A stretch of DNA of 64,000 nt, taken from Mobula hypostoma (Eukaryota). Positions 62,775 through 64,000 of this stretch are shown piece after piece. The stretch covers positions 27,280,001-27,344,000 of the forward strand of contig NC_086117.1 in NCBI RefSeq assembly GCF_963921235.1. The letters are read 5' to 3'. Both the position numbers and the translations under genes were made by a program. Position 1 is the first letter of the stretch. Each line of letters opens with the position of its first letter. The notes beneath the pieces are model-generated. The model searched no databases. It was not told the DNA's origin and saw only the letters and a program-made list of their open reading frames with translations.

Positions 62775-62920
62775 CTTCACTGGCAGGAACCACTTTGTAA
62801 GGATGAAAGCTGTGATATAACTGACGATGACACACAGTCCCGACGTCAAACCACGGACTTTAATTGGAAGAATCTCCGACATTAACAGCCAAGTGACTGG
62901 TCCCCAGCCCAGGGCGTAGC
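62775..62920 (-). CDS. SLC2A6: SLC2A6 penultimate coding exon (not in ORF track)
   Basis: catag|GC..AAG|gtttgt; [49 protein letters not shown]; 146 nt, phase 1-0. Confidence 0.94.
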
Positions 62921-64000
62921 CTATGTACAGGTGAAAAGGAGATAAAAGTCTTTAGTCACAATGAGGCAAATGACAAAGCTGTCTTTTGAATAGGACGGGG
63001 AAAAGAAATCAAATAACAACGTGAAAATATTTCTTAGAAACAAGTGAGGAGCCATTAGTGCAATGAAGCCATTTCTGTGGACATTACTCACCCCGAGCAC
63101 CATTTCCTTTTTACTGAATGCTCGCTTTTAACACCGACTCCTCATCTCCTTGTGAGACACTTGCCCTTAACTTATAAATGCAGCTTACCTCTGCTAAATG
63201 CAATGCTCTTGGAATTTAACCCTTTATTCTGGTTATAGCAAACACAGCGCATTGTATTAATGATGCTACCTCATTATTCCACCAAGCACTGTCAGGTAAA
63301 TGCCACTCCGAGAAGCGAGGGATGCAAAAGACAGGAAATGATAGGCTAATGAGCCTGACTTCAGTGGCCAGGAAGATGCTGGAGTCCATCATTAAGGATG
63401 AGGTTTCGGGGTGTTTGGAAGCACGTGATAAAATAGGCCAAAGTCAGCATTGTTCCCTTAAGGGGAAATCTTGCCTGACAAATTTGTTGGAATTCTTTGA
63501 AGAAACAACAAGTAAGATAGTTGCTCACTTGGATTTTCAGAAGGCCTTTGAGAAGGTGCTGTACTTGAGGCTGCTAACCTGCCTGAAACTATTACGGGAA
63601 GGATACTAGCATAGACAGAAGAATGGCTGACTAGCGTAGGCATAGAACGGAAATAAAGGCTGCCTAGTGACTAGTGAGTTTCTGCAGGGGTCGGTGTTGT
63701 GTCCGCTACTTCTCAGCTTACACGTTAATGATCTGGATGCCAGAACTGAAGTCTCTGTGGACAAGTTTGAGGACGATACAAAGATAGGTGGAGCGTCAGG
63801 TAGTGTTGAGGAAGCTGGGAGTCCACAGAAGGATTTCAACAGAGTGGGTGAAAGGGCAAAGAAGTGGCAGATGGAATACAGTGTAGGGAGGTGGATGGTC
63901 ATGCACTTTGGTAGAAGAAACAAAGATGTAGACTATTATCCAAATGGGGAATGAATTAAAAATCGCAGCTGCAAAGGACGAGTCAGTCCTTGTGCAGGAC

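Overview
Vertebrate genomic DNA, most likely a cartilaginous fish (ray/shark-type CR1, V-SINE, Penelope and Rex1 repeat landscape; inference). It holds three genes in the same order and orientation as human 9q34.2. (1) The last 14 coding exons of ADAMTS13 (+, 1399-35185): spacer end, 8 distal TSP1 repeats (one more than human), CUB1 and CUB2. (2) The complete 5-exon CACFD1/Flower gene (+, 45854-54870, 181 aa) with a CpG-island promoter. (3) The last two coding exons of SLC2A6/GLUT6 (-, 62920-60559). Introns and intergenic DNA are packed with minisatellites and mobile elements: a young 5'-truncated L1 with an open 962-codon frame, CR1, Rex1/Babar, RTE, R4/Dong, tRNA SINEs, a solo LTR, a Tigger4/Zombi-like transposon, and hAT and Tc1 MITEs. 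I found no new protein-coding system. The strongest leads are: three Penelope-like families carrying minimal hammerhead-ribozyme motifs, several as hairpin insertions; a CR1 inserted inside an ADAMTS13 splice acceptor; an inverted repeat pair bracketing an in-frame, internally duplicated TSP block; and a Tigger4-like transposon resembling the mammalian one. Exon boundaries were read by hand from GT-AG sites and phase. Repeat boundaries are approximate unless a TSD is given. Family names and human comparisons are from memory, not database searches.
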